Positions 49,572 through 59,145 of a stretch of DNA of 64,000 nt are shown here, one piece after another (position 1 is the stretch's first letter; every line of letters begins with the position of its first letter). Source of the stretch: Bacteroidales bacterium. GTDB taxonomy: Bacteria; Bacteroidota; Bacteroidia; Bacteroidales; UBA12481. Both the position numbers and the translations under genes were made by a program. A model generated the notes under the pieces. It was not told the origin of the DNA. It saw nothing but the letters and a program-made list of their open reading frames with translations, and did not search any database. The stretch is from positions 7,119 through 71,118 of the forward strand of contig JAQUCP010000012.1 in the NCBI GenBank assembly GCA_028686135.1, in the 5' to 3' direction.

Positions 49572-50225
49572 ATGAAAAGATTCCTGATCATCATCGCCCT
49601 TATTACAGGAACTGTGGCTTTACAGGCGCAGCTTTATGTTGATATGAACCTAATGGGTGGGATTTCTGATATTCATGCGAAACAATCCATCTTACCTCTT
49701 CCTTCAGAGGAAATTCTACCGGCTGGTGGACTCTTTGTGCGGTATGGGATGAATGCACGGTACGCCCTTCGTGGCGGTATCAATGGGGCCTATAGGGATC
49801 AGGAGAACTGGGCAGGGGATCTTTATGGGCTGTTTGAGTTTAGCTTTCATCCGTTGAATCCAACTAAACCCAAGGCCAACTTTTCACCCTATATCGGTGC
49901 CGGGATAAGCTACCTGTTTGATCGCCAACTTTATCAATCAGCAATACTGGATGAGGCTAATAGCGTGATTTTTAGCGATCCGGATCACTATTCCAAAGTT
50001 GGATATTGGATGAGAAATTTTTCGATACCTTTTCATGTTGGTGCTCGTTACCTGTTAGCGTCCAATCTGACTATTGGGATTGAGTGGGCTATCCGACACA
50101 CTTTTCAGATCAACTGGGCTATGCCCGAAGATAAAATGACGGTCAGCCGTTGGCGCTCTTACGTGGGAGCTACGATCGGCTATTCTTTTGTATTATGGAA
50201 TCATATCCGGGTCCCATTTTATTAA
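49572..50225 (+). CDS. hypothetical outer-membrane beta-barrel-like protein
   Basis: 217 aa from ATG 49572; signal peptide MKRFLIIIALITGTVALQAQ; strand-like alternation; I recall a Bacteroidota DUF6089-type family at this locus (unverified). Confidence 0.5.
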   Translation: MKRFLIIIALITGTVALQAQLYVDMNLMGGISDIHAKQSILPLPSEEILPAGGLFVRYGMNARYALRGGINGAYRDQENWAGDLYGLFEFSFHPLNPTKPKANFSPYIGAGISYLFDRQLYQSAILDEANSVIFSDPDHYSKVGYWMRNFSIPFHVGARYLLASNLTIGIEWAIRHTFQINWAMPEDKMTVSRWRSYVGATIGYSFVLWNHIRVPFY

Positions 50226-50244
50226 ATTCCCCAAACCAACTCTA

Positions 50245-50982
50245 ATGAATCTAAAGGATCAACTGATACCGGAACGCCTTCCACAGCACGTGGCGATTAT
50301 TATGGATGGCAATGGACGCTGGGCCCGCAAAAGGGGTGCCGCCAGGATTTTCGGTCATCAGAGCGGGGTAACACCGGTTCACGATGTGGTCGAAGCCAGT
50401 GGAGAGCTGGGGATAAAATACCTCACGCTCTATGCCTTTAGTACCGAAAACTGGGGTAGGCCGGCTGATGAGATAGAAAACCTGATGCTCCTGCTTGTCT
50501 CAACCATCAAGAAAGAGACAAAGAAGCTGATGGATAACAATGTACGGTTGATGACTATTGGTGACCTTTCCAAATTGGCAGAGACTCCGCGCGAGGAGCT
50601 GCTAAAATTAAAACAGCTGACGGCGGCCAATACTGGGCTGACAGTAATTCTAGCTCTCTCCTATAGCGCCCGGTCGGAGCTGATCCAGGCCGCAAAAAAA
50701 ATAATCGGAGATGCTCGGGAAGGAAAGATCACACCTGAAGAGATGAATGGTACAATCTTTGAGTCCTATCTCGAAACCGCTGGAATCCCTGATCCTGAGC
50801 TATTGATCAGAACAAGTGGCGAGGTTAGAATCAGTAATTTTCTTTTATATCAAATCGCTTATACTGAACTCTATTTTACCCCGGTTTTCTGGCCAGATTT
50901 CAGGAAAAAAGACTATTATGAAGCCCTCCTGGATTTTCAGAACCGGGAGAGAAGATTTGGAAAAACCAGCGAACAAGTTTAA
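50245..50982 (+). CDS. uppS: isoprenyl transferase (undecaprenyl-diphosphate synthase)
   Basis: 245 aa from ATG 50245; HVAIIMDGNGRWA, LTLYAFSTENWGRP, RTSGEVRISNFLLYQIAYTELYF. Confidence 0.93.
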   Translation: MNLKDQLIPERLPQHVAIIMDGNGRWARKRGAARIFGHQSGVTPVHDVVEASGELGIKYLTLYAFSTENWGRPADEIENLMLLLVSTIKKETKKLMDNNVRLMTIGDLSKLAETPREELLKLKQLTAANTGLTVILALSYSARSELIQAAKKIIGDAREGKITPEEMNGTIFESYLETAGIPDPELLIRTSGEVRISNFLLYQIAYTELYFTPVFWPDFRKKDYYEALLDFQNRERRFGKTSEQV

Positions 50983-50994
50983 TCGTAAATCCCT

Positions 50995-53493
50995 ATGTTA
51001 AAGATATTTCCTCTATTTCTCCTGCTTTTGTTGCCATCTTGGTCTCTGACTGCTCAGGAGGTTGAATCCAAGCCGCTGCAAGTGATTGATTATAACATGG
51101 AACCGCGAGAGTATGAGATCGGAGGTATCACCGTTTCCGGGGTGCAATATATCTCGCAAAATGTCCTGGTTCAATTTACCGGACTGGAGGTTGGCAAACG
51201 AATCATGATTCCGGGAGAGGAGATCCGTCAAGCAATAGAAAAATTGTGGGATCAGAACTTGTTTTCAGATGTTCGGATCACCTATACACGCATTGAAGGA
51301 GATGTGATCTTTCTGGATATTTTTCTCCAGGAGATGCCACGCCTGAGTCGATTTTCGTTTTCGGGCATCACGAAGACCGAAGCCGAAGATTTGCGGGATA
51401 AGGTGAAGCTTGTTAGAGGTAACCTGGTGACTCCTTATACGTTACAGACTGCACAAAATGCAGTTCAAAATCATTTTATCAATAAAGGATACCTCTATAC
51501 TGATGTTATCATCCATCAGCGGCCTGATACGGCACTACAGAATTCAACCATTCTTGATATTCTGGTTGACAAGAAGAGTAAGGTTAAAATCAGAGAGATA
51601 CAATTTGAGGGAGCTACGGTTTTTCCGGAGAACAAACTCAGGAGGGCAATGAAAGATACCAAACAGAAGACCTGGTACAATATTTTCAAGGCCTCCAAAT
51701 ATATCGAGGATAACTTCATTGAAGATCAGGATAATATCATTGCCAAATACAACGAACTGGGTTACCGGGATGCCAGAATTGTCCGGGACTCGCTTTATCA
51801 CAATGATGATGGAACCGTTGGATTAATTGTAGGCATAGACGAGGGCCAGCAGTATTTCTTTAGAAACATCTCCTGGGCGGGCAATACCAAATACTCTTCT
51901 GAGCTCCTCTCCATGGCATTGAATATTAAAAAGGGGGATGTTTATGATTTAAACATTTTAGATAATCGTCTGCGTAATGATCCGGATGCGGTTGGGGCCC
52001 TGTATATGGATAATGGGTACCTCTTTTATAGTGCTAATCCTGTTGAGGTGGGCGTTGAAAATGACTCAGTGGATATCCAGATTGTCATTGCTGAAGGTCC
52101 GCAGGCCAGAATTAACAACGTTATCATCACAGGAAATGACCGGACTAACGAGCATGTCATCCGTCGGGAGATCCGGACTAAGCCTGGTGACCTCTTTAGC
52201 CGTTCGGCCGTGATCCGCTCGGTGCGGGAGCTGGCGCAACTTGGATTCTTCGATCCGGAACAGATTGAGCCTATTCCGATACCTAATGAGATGGATGGTA
52301 CGGTTGATATTGAATATAAGGTAGTTGAGAGAGCAAATGATCAGATTGAGATCTCAGGAGGGTGGGGAGCCAATATGGTGATCGGTACACTAGGTGTACG
52401 ATTCGGAAATTTTTCTGCCAAGAATTTCTTTAACAAGAAAGCCTGGCGTCCTCTGCCTTCGGGTGACGGGCAAAATCTGAGCATCCGTGCTCAGTCTAAT
52501 GGACGATACTATCAGGCCTACAGCGCTTCATTTGTGGAACCATGGCTGGGAGGGAAAAAGCCTAACTCGCTGTCGGTTTCTCTCTATCATACGGTTCAAA
52601 CCAACGGCTACCAGTCGATCGATCCCTCCTTTCAATCCATGCGGATATCAGGAGCATCCATCGGACTGGGTCGCAGGTTAAGCTGGCCTGACGACTGGTT
52701 TACCTTGTACAACCAGCTCTCCTTTCAACAATACCGGCTCGATAACTGGTCCTATTTTTTGATTACGGATGGGATTAGCAATAACCTGAGTTTTACGACT
52801 ACTCTCGGACGTAACTCTACCGACCAGATCATCTATCCGAGAATGGGTTCTAATTTCTCGTTGTCACTGCAGATAACTCCGCCATTCTCTTCGTTTAACG
52901 GAAAGGATTACAAGGAGCTAGATAATGCAGAGCGTTATAAGTGGATTGAATACCATAAGTGGTCCTTCAAATCCAGCTGGTACACCAAACTCTGGGGGAT
53001 TGGCGGTGGCGAATCGGGCGAGGTGAGAGATTTTGTGCTGGCTACCAAAGCCGAATTTGGTTACCTGGGTTTCTATAACCGTTATGCTCGCTCTCCGTTT
53101 GAGAGCTTTGAAGTTGGGGGTGACGGGATGATGGGGTATAGTTATTATGGTAAAGACCTGATTGCTCTCCGGGGTTATGCTAACGGATCATTAACCCCTG
53201 AGGCCGGGGCTAACCTCTATACCAAGTTCACGATGGAGATGCGATTCCCTATTAGCCTGAACCCCAATGCTATGCTTTACGCCTTAGCATTCCTGGAGGC
53301 TGGAAATGCCTGGTATGACTTTACTGATTTCAACCCTTTTAACATGAAGCGATCAGCTGGCTTCGGCGTTCGCATTTACCTGCCAATGTTCGGCTTGATG
53401 GGGGTTGATTGGGGCTATGGATTTGATGACTTCCCAGGAAGCACCGGGAAAAACCGGAGCCAGTTCCATTTTGTGCTCGGACCCCAGATGTAA
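50995..53493 (+). CDS. bamA: outer membrane protein assembly factor BamA
   Basis: 832 aa; signal peptide; POTRA-repeat N-region; C-terminal barrel (GFGVRIYLPMFGLMGVDWGYGF). Confidence 0.92.
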   Translation: MLKIFPLFLLLLLPSWSLTAQEVESKPLQVIDYNMEPREYEIGGITVSGVQYISQNVLVQFTGLEVGKRIMIPGEEIRQAIEKLWDQNLFSDVRITYTRIEGDVIFLDIFLQEMPRLSRFSFSGITKTEAEDLRDKVKLVRGNLVTPYTLQTAQNAVQNHFINKGYLYTDVIIHQRPDTALQNSTILDILVDKKSKVKIREIQFEGATVFPENKLRRAMKDTKQKTWYNIFKASKYIEDNFIEDQDNIIAKYNELGYRDARIVRDSLYHNDDGTVGLIVGIDEGQQYFFRNISWAGNTKYSSELLSMALNIKKGDVYDLNILDNRLRNDPDAVGALYMDNGYLFYSANPVEVGVENDSVDIQIVIAEGPQARINNVIITGNDRTNEHVIRREIRTKPGDLFSRSAVIRSVRELAQLGFFDPEQIEPIPIPNEMDGTVDIEYKVVERANDQIEISGGWGANMVIGTLGVRFGNFSAKNFFNKKAWRPLPSGDGQNLSIRAQSNGRYYQAYSASFVEPWLGGKKPNSLSVSLYHTVQTNGYQSIDPSFQSMRISGASIGLGRRLSWPDDWFTLYNQLSFQQYRLDNWSYFLITDGISNNLSFTTTLGRNSTDQIIYPRMGSNFSLSLQITPPFSSFNGKDYKELDNAERYKWIEYHKWSFKSSWYTKLWGIGGGESGEVRDFVLATKAEFGYLGFYNRYARSPFESFEVGGDGMMGYSYYGKDLIALRGYANGSLTPEAGANLYTKFTMEMRFPISLNPNAMLYALAFLEAGNAWYDFTDFNPFNMKRSAGFGVRIYLPMFGLMGVDWGYGFDDFPGSTGKNRSQFHFVLGPQM

Positions 53494-53576
53494 CAGCTAA
53501 AAGAAATGTGGCACATTTGTTGTCTCAGGATTGGAACTTAGGGACATTATACTAAACTGATAGATAGGAGGTAAAT

Positions 53577-54092
53577 ATGAAGAAGATACTGTTGATTGTA
53601 GGAATTCTGCTCGCTGGCTTTACGATGAGTTATGGCCAGAAGTTTGCTTATGTTAATACGGAGTATATCCTCGGAAGGATTCCGGCTTATGAGGCAGCCC
53701 AGAAGCAGCTCGACCGCTTATCGGAGGAGTGGCAGAAAGAGATTGAAGGCAAAAGAGCAGAGATCGAAAAACTCTATAAAGAGTACCAGGCCGAACGAGT
53801 GCTGTTGACCGAAGAGATGCGGACCAAACGCGAGGAAACGATCATGGCACGGGAAAAAGAGGTCGTTGAGTTACAACGTAACTATTTTGCCCCAGAGGGA
53901 ATGCTTTACAAGCGTAGACAAGAGCTCGTCAAACCTATCCAGGATGATGTGTTTAATGCCATCAAAACCCTAGCAACCGAAGGAAACTATTCTGTTATTT
54001 TCGATTCTGCCTCGGGCCCGACAATGCTATACACTGATCCAAAATTGGATAAGAGCGACGAGGTGCTGGAAAAGGTTGGAATTCAGAAATAA
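53577..54092 (+). CDS. OmpH/Skp family periplasmic chaperone
   Basis: 171 aa; signal peptide; FAYVNTEYIL start and long K/E-rich coiled coil; follows bamA. Confidence 0.85.
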   Translation: MKKILLIVGILLAGFTMSYGQKFAYVNTEYILGRIPAYEAAQKQLDRLSEEWQKEIEGKRAEIEKLYKEYQAERVLLTEEMRTKREETIMAREKEVVELQRNYFAPEGMLYKRRQELVKPIQDDVFNAIKTLATEGNYSVIFDSASGPTMLYTDPKLDKSDEVLEKVGIQK

Positions 54093-54096
54093 TTTT

Positions 54097-54104
54097 TAAC
54101 TTTG
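54097..54104 (+). promoter_or_regulatory. Bacteroidota -7 promoter box (TAACTTTG) before the second ompH
   Basis: Exact TAnnTTTG, 45 nt upstream of ATG 54150. Confidence 0.4.
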
Positions 54105-54149
54105 TCAGCCATTTTCAAGTTACACATTATTAGGAAATTATATTAATAA

Positions 54150-54680
54150 ATGATTAAAATGAAGAAGCTGCTTTTTGCTTTTACCACCCTGATGACCCTC
54201 ATCTTAATGAGCGGGGTTAACCTGAATGCACAGACCAAGATTGGATGGATCAAATCTGATGAACTACTCGCCGTCATGCCCGAGAGAGATTCGGCCATCA
54301 AGAATCTTGAGAAGCAGCGCGACGAAATCCTGAGGACTCTTGAGGGAATGAATGTTGAATTCAACAACAAAGTTGAATCTTACACCAAACAGCGCGATTC
54401 CCTCTCAGCTTTTGTTCGTCAGTCGAGAGAAGCCGAATTGAGCGATATTCAGGTGAAAATCCAGAATTTCCAGCAAGCTGGTGAGGTGGAAATTGAGCGT
54501 AAGCGTCAAGAACTGTTTCAGCCGATCATTGATAAAGCCCAGAAAGCTATTAAGGCGGTTGCCGAAGAGAACAAGTTCCTATACATCTTAGATGTGTCAA
54601 CCGGTGCTGCGCTCTATTATCCGGAAGACCCTGCCTATAATATTCTCCCACTGGTGAAGGCCAAATTGGGCATAAAATAG
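54150..54680 (+). CDS. OmpH/Skp family periplasmic chaperone (second paralog)
   Basis: 176 aa; signal peptide; coiled-coil; alternative start at 54159 (MKKLL). Confidence 0.85.
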   Translation: MIKMKKLLFAFTTLMTLILMSGVNLNAQTKIGWIKSDELLAVMPERDSAIKNLEKQRDEILRTLEGMNVEFNNKVESYTKQRDSLSAFVRQSREAELSDIQVKIQNFQQAGEVEIERKRQELFQPIIDKAQKAIKAVAEENKFLYILDVSTGAALYYPEDPAYNILPLVKAKLGIK

Positions 54681-54700
54681 TTAATCTAATGATATTAAGA

Positions 54701-54728
54701 TCCTTGCCGCAGGGCAGGGATTTTTTTT
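54701..54728 (+). terminator. Rho-independent terminator ending at the murI start codon
   Basis: TCCTTGCC-GCAG-GGCAGGGA stem (one T-G pair) followed by TTTTTTTT; ATG of murI starts at 54729. Confidence 0.7.
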
Positions 54729-55523
54729 ATGAATGCACGACCAGTCATTGGCGTTTTTGATTCAGGAGTTGGAGGCCTTAGTGTCTATCGATCACTACTT
54801 CATGAACTGCCAAGAGAGTCGTTTATCTATTTAGCGGACAATAGGTTTGCTCCTTATGGCTTAAAATCTCGTCAAGTTATTCTTGAAAGATCGCGCTCCA
54901 TCAGCGAATTTCTCATTCAACAGGGAGCCGCTCTTATTGTAGTAGCCTGCAATACTGCTACCGGAGCTGCCATCAGCAGACTTCGCAGGGAGTATTCTAT
55001 CCCATTTGTCGGGGTGGAACCAGCTGTCAAACCCGCAGCCCTGAAGTCGAAAACAGGACACATCGGTGTGTTAGCAACAGAGCAAACATTTAAAGGTGAG
55101 CATTTTAGGAAAACATACCAGCTTTACTCCCGTTCTGTCAGCGTGCATTTCCGGGCGGGGAATGGGTTGGTTGAGCTGGTAGAAAATGGCCAGGCAGAAT
55201 CCCAAGAAGCCAGGGCATTGCTGGAACAGTATTTGATGCCGATGGTTCAGTCGGGTATCGATCAGTTGGTGCTGGGGTGTACCCACTTCCCGTTTTTAAT
55301 TCCCCTGATTCGGGAAATTGTACCGCCTGAGGTAGCGGTGATCGACCCTGCGCCCGCCGTGGCCCGCCAGACCCGCAAAGTTATGGAAGATCATGGATTC
55401 TTGTTAAACTCTACCGAGACGGGATCGTATCAGTTCTATTCGACCGGAGATACAGGTCCTCTGACCCGTATGCTTCACACGCTACGCCTCAACTATTCGG
55501 TTCTCTCACTGACCTCTGTTTAA
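54729..55523 (+). CDS. murI: glutamate racemase
   Basis: 264 aa; IGVFDSGVGGLSV, VVACNTAT, LGCTHFPF (both catalytic Cys motifs). Confidence 0.93.
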   Translation: MNARPVIGVFDSGVGGLSVYRSLLHELPRESFIYLADNRFAPYGLKSRQVILERSRSISEFLIQQGAALIVVACNTATGAAISRLRREYSIPFVGVEPAVKPAALKSKTGHIGVLATEQTFKGEHFRKTYQLYSRSVSVHFRAGNGLVELVENGQAESQEARALLEQYLMPMVQSGIDQLVLGCTHFPFLIPLIREIVPPEVAVIDPAPAVARQTRKVMEDHGFLLNSTETGSYQFYSTGDTGPLTRMLHTLRLNYSVLSLTSV

Positions 55524-55536
55524 TGACCTTGGCGGG

Positions 55537-56058
55537 TCATTGATCACCTTCATACCATTTTGAATAGAACAGATAGTTGTTCGCGATTCGATCGATCATC
55601 TCCCGGGTCTGCGTGGGGTCGATATCCTTAATTTTGCGCGCAGGAATTCCAGCATAGATGCTGTTGGGCTCAACGATAGTCGAATCCTTGACCACTGCTC
55701 CTGCTGCTATAATGGAATTTTCACCAATGACTGCATGGTCGAGAATGATGGCTCCGATGCCGATCAGTACCCGGTTGTGAATCTTGGCTCCGTGAACAAC
55801 TGCCTGATGACCGATGGAAACCGAATCACCGATCTCGATAACCGATTTCTGATACAGGGTGTGCAGGACAGCACCATCCTGGATATTGACTCTGTTCCCG
55901 ATCCGGATGCTATTCACATCTCCCCTGAGAACCGCATTAAACCATACACTGCAGTCGTCGCCCAGAACGACATCTCCGATAATCACCGCAGTTTCGGATA
56001 GGTAGCAATGGTTACCGATAATTGGCGTGAATCCTCTTACTGATTTTATAAGTGCCAT
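55537..56058 (-). CDS. gamma carbonic anhydrase family (left-handed beta-helix) protein
   Basis: 173 aa; hexapeptide repeats; AVIIGDVVLGDDCSVWFNAVLRGD. Confidence 0.85.
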   Translation of the reverse strand: MALIKSVRGFTPIIGNHCYLSETAVIIGDVVLGDDCSVWFNAVLRGDVNSIRIGNRVNIQDGAVLHTLYQKSVIEIGDSVSIGHQAVVHGAKIHNRVLIGIGAIILDHAVIGENSIIAAGAVVKDSTIVEPNSIYAGIPARKIKDIDPTQTREMIDRIANNYLFYSKWYEGDQ

Positions 56059-56091
56059 ATTTTTAACTTTTTACAACGAATAGAAGCCCAA

Positions 56092-56099
56092 CAAAATTA
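56092..56099 (-). promoter_or_regulatory. Bacteroidota -7 promoter box (TAATTTTG) for the gamma-CA-like gene
   Basis: Exact TAnnTTTG on the minus strand, 33 nt upstream of ATG 56058. Confidence 0.45.
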
Positions 56100-56138
56100 C
56101 AGAAAGCATTTATCATATTTTCCTCTGATAAAACTGTG

Positions 56139-56146
56139 TAAGTTTG
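56139..56146 (+). promoter_or_regulatory. Bacteroidota -7 promoter box (TAAGTTTG) for korAB
   Basis: Exact TAnnTTTG, 30 nt upstream of ATG 56177. Confidence 0.45.
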
Positions 56147-56176
56147 TCCAACAATTAACAATATCCGTATTCAGAT

Positions 56177-58021
56177 ATGAGTAAAGAGGCAAAAGTAATT
56201 GAAATCGAAGAGGTGGCGATACGGTTTTCAGGTGATTCCGGTGATGGTATGCAGTTGACCGGAACACTGTTTTCTGACACGTCAGCTTTATTCGGGAATG
56301 ACGTCTCCACGTTTCCAGATTATCCGGCCGAGATCCGTGCTCCGCAGGGTACCGTGGGTGGCGTATCAGGTTTTCAGGTACATTTTGGGCATACACGGAT
56401 CAATACGCCAGGGGATTATTGTGATGTTCTGGTGGTGATGAATCCGGCTGCCCTTAAAGCCAATTTCCGATGGATTAAGCCCGATGGAATCCTTATTTAT
56501 GACTCGGATTCCTTCGATGCCAAGGGAATTGAAAAGGCCGGATATAAGTCCGACCCATTCAAAGAGGAGCAGTTGGAGGGAATTCAGGTAATTTCTGCCC
56601 CGATTTCAAGTCTTACCCGTGAAACATTGAAAGACATCGGGTTAGATCAGAAATCCATCCTGCGTTGTAAAAATATGTTTGCCCTGGGGATGGTCAGCTG
56701 GTTATACGACCGTCCACTGGATCATGCAATAAGCTTTTTTAATAAGAAGTTTGCCTCTAAGCCGATTTTGATCGAGGCTAACACTAAAGTATTGCATAGT
56801 GGTTATTACTATGCCGAAACGATTGAAGCTTTTACGTCGAATTACCGGATTAAGCCAGCCGAAATCGAGAAAGGTAAATACCGCACCATCAACGGAAACA
56901 CCGCTGCTGCTTGGGGTATGCTTGCCGCTGCCCAAAAGGCTGGGTTGCAACTATTCCTCGGTTCCTATCCGATTACTCCGGCTACCGGGATTTTGGAAGA
57001 GCTTGCTGCTCGTAAGGATTTGGGAGTAAAGACTTTCCAAGCAGAGGATGAGATTGCAGGTGTCTGTACCGCTATCGGAGCCAGTTTTGCAGGCTCATTG
57101 GCAGTGACCAGCACCTCCGGTCCGGGCCTTGCCCTTAAAGGAGAAGCTATTGGACTGGCCGTCATGACCGAACTTCCACTCGTGATTATCGATGTCCAGC
57201 GCGGAGGCCCATCAACTGGTTTACCAACCAAAACGGAGCAATCCGATCTGATGCAGGCACTATACGGACGTAATGGCGAGAGCCCAATCGTGGTACTTGC
57301 TTCGTCAACTCCTTCAAACTGTTTTGACTTTGCTTATATGGCGAGCAAGATCGCTGTTGAGCACATGACACCGGTCATTCTACTTTCTGATGGATTTCTT
57401 GCTAATGGTTCTGAGCCCTGGAGAATTCCGGATCTGAATCAGTTCCCGGAAATTAAGGTCCCGAAGCCAAATACCGATGCAAAAGATTGGATGCCCTATT
57501 TGCGGGATGAAAAAACACAGGTCAGAACTTGGGCCGTACCCGGAATGCCCGGTTTCGAACATCGTGTCGGTGGACTGGAAAAGATGAATCGCACAGGTTC
57601 TGTTTCGTATGTTCCTGAAAATCATGAGTTGATGACTCATATTCGTGAGGAAAAGGTGCAAAATGTAGCTCGAGATATTCCGAATCAGGAAATTATTGGC
57701 GATGAAGACGCTGAACTCCTGATCATTGGATGGGGTGGGACTTTTGGTCATCTGGTATCGGCGTTGACCGAGATCCGCCGCGAAGGGCACAAAGTTGCTT
57801 TGGCGCATTTCAACTACATCAATCCGCTTCCCGCTAATACCGGAGAGTTGTTATCCAAATTTAAAAAGCATCTGGTTTGCGAGATCAACCTGGGGCAGTT
57901 TGTCAATCACCTCAGAATGAAATTTCCTGAATACCAGTATCGCCAATTCAACAAAATTATGGGTCTGCCCTTTACGGTCAATGATCTAAAAGCGGCAATC
58001 CTGAAAAATCTGGAGGACTAA
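56177..58021 (+). CDS. korA: 2-oxoacid:ferredoxin oxidoreductase alpha subunit (two-subunit KorAB type, probably 2-oxoglutarate)
   Basis: 614 aa; GDSGDGMQL, SYPITPAT; sizes (614 + 337 aa) fit the two-subunit 2-oxoglutarate enzymes as recalled. Confidence 0.85.
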   Translation: MSKEAKVIEIEEVAIRFSGDSGDGMQLTGTLFSDTSALFGNDVSTFPDYPAEIRAPQGTVGGVSGFQVHFGHTRINTPGDYCDVLVVMNPAALKANFRWIKPDGILIYDSDSFDAKGIEKAGYKSDPFKEEQLEGIQVISAPISSLTRETLKDIGLDQKSILRCKNMFALGMVSWLYDRPLDHAISFFNKKFASKPILIEANTKVLHSGYYYAETIEAFTSNYRIKPAEIEKGKYRTINGNTAAAWGMLAAAQKAGLQLFLGSYPITPATGILEELAARKDLGVKTFQAEDEIAGVCTAIGASFAGSLAVTSTSGPGLALKGEAIGLAVMTELPLVIIDVQRGGPSTGLPTKTEQSDLMQALYGRNGESPIVVLASSTPSNCFDFAYMASKIAVEHMTPVILLSDGFLANGSEPWRIPDLNQFPEIKVPKPNTDAKDWMPYLRDEKTQVRTWAVPGMPGFEHRVGGLEKMNRTGSVSYVPENHELMTHIREEKVQNVARDIPNQEIIGDEDAELLIIGWGGTFGHLVSALTEIRREGHKVALAHFNYINPLPANTGELLSKFKKHLVCEINLGQFVNHLRMKFPEYQYRQFNKIMGLPFTVNDLKAAILKNLED

Positions 58022-58024
58022 AGC

Positions 58025-59038
58025 ATGACTATCAACGAATTGAAACCTGAAGATTTTAAGAGTGACCAGATGGTCAGGTGGTGTGCCGGATGCGGCGACC
58101 ATGCCATTCTAAACTCAGTTTTGAAGGCGATGCCACAGCTCGGTTTTAAGCACGAAGATATCGTCTTTATCTCCGGAATCGGCTGCTCTTCAAGATTCCC
58201 GTATTATTTAAATACCTACGGTGTTCATGGAATCCATGGTCGAGCTATGCCTATTGCCAGCGGCGTGAAGGTGGCTAATCCCAACCTGTGTGTTTGGGTG
58301 ATCACTGGCGATGGTGATGCTCTGGCTATCGGTGGAAATCATTTCATCCACCTGATCCGACGCGATATTGATGTTAATCTGATTCTGTTCAATAATCAGA
58401 TTTACGGCTTAACCAAAGGCCAGTATTCTCCGACATCAAAAGAGGGGTCGAAAACTAAGACTTCGCCCTTTGGAACGGTCGAACGGCCTTTTAAACCTGG
58501 TGCCATTACCATCGGTGCCAGAGGATCCTTTTTTGCCCGCTGTATCGATATTATGCCAAAACACTCCACTGAGGTCTTCCTGAAAGCGGCAAAACACCAT
58601 GGGGCTTCGATCGTCGAGGTCCTCCAGAATTGCGTGATCTTTAACGATCAGGTTTGGTCGGACATTACCGACCGTGAAAATCGTGAGGATCGAACCATTC
58701 TGCTAGAACATGGAAAACCAATGATTTTCGGTAAAGCCAGGGATAAAGGGCTGATTCTGAAGAATAATCAGCTTAATGTGGTGCAGCTCGGCGAAGACGG
58801 AATCACCGAATCCGATATCCTGGTTCACGATGCCTACTCCGAATTTGCCGGAATTCATCTGTTGTTGGCGAACATGGAGTATCCCCGTTTCCCGATTGCC
58901 CTTGGGGTGATTCGTGCCTATGAGAGCCCAGCTACTTATGATGAGAAGGTTGCTAACCAAATTACCAATGTTCAATCGACCGCAAAGATTAAAAGCGTAG
59001 AAGAACTGTTCCTCTCGGGACAGGTGTGGGAGGTGTAA
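58025..59038 (+). CDS. korB: 2-oxoacid:ferredoxin oxidoreductase beta subunit (TPP-binding)
   Basis: 337 aa; WCAGCGDH, GDGDALAIGGNH TPP motif. Confidence 0.9.
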   Translation: MTINELKPEDFKSDQMVRWCAGCGDHAILNSVLKAMPQLGFKHEDIVFISGIGCSSRFPYYLNTYGVHGIHGRAMPIASGVKVANPNLCVWVITGDGDALAIGGNHFIHLIRRDIDVNLILFNNQIYGLTKGQYSPTSKEGSKTKTSPFGTVERPFKPGAITIGARGSFFARCIDIMPKHSTEVFLKAAKHHGASIVEVLQNCVIFNDQVWSDITDRENREDRTILLEHGKPMIFGKARDKGLILKNNQLNVVQLGEDGITESDILVHDAYSEFAGIHLLLANMEYPRFPIALGVIRAYESPATYDEKVANQITNVQSTAKIKSVEELFLSGQVWEV

Positions 59039-59064
59039 TAATCGTCGGTATTCGATAACGTCGT

Positions 59065-59097
59065 GGGGTTGCTTGTCTTAAGCAACCCCATTTTTTT
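59065..59097 (+). terminator. Rho-independent terminator after korB
   Basis: GGGGTTGCTT-GTCTT-AAGCAACCCC perfect 10-bp stem, then A + TTTTTTT. Confidence 0.8.
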
Positions 59098-59145
59098 ACT
59101 AATCCAATCTTGCTAACTTCGGCCATAGCCATAATCTGATAATGG

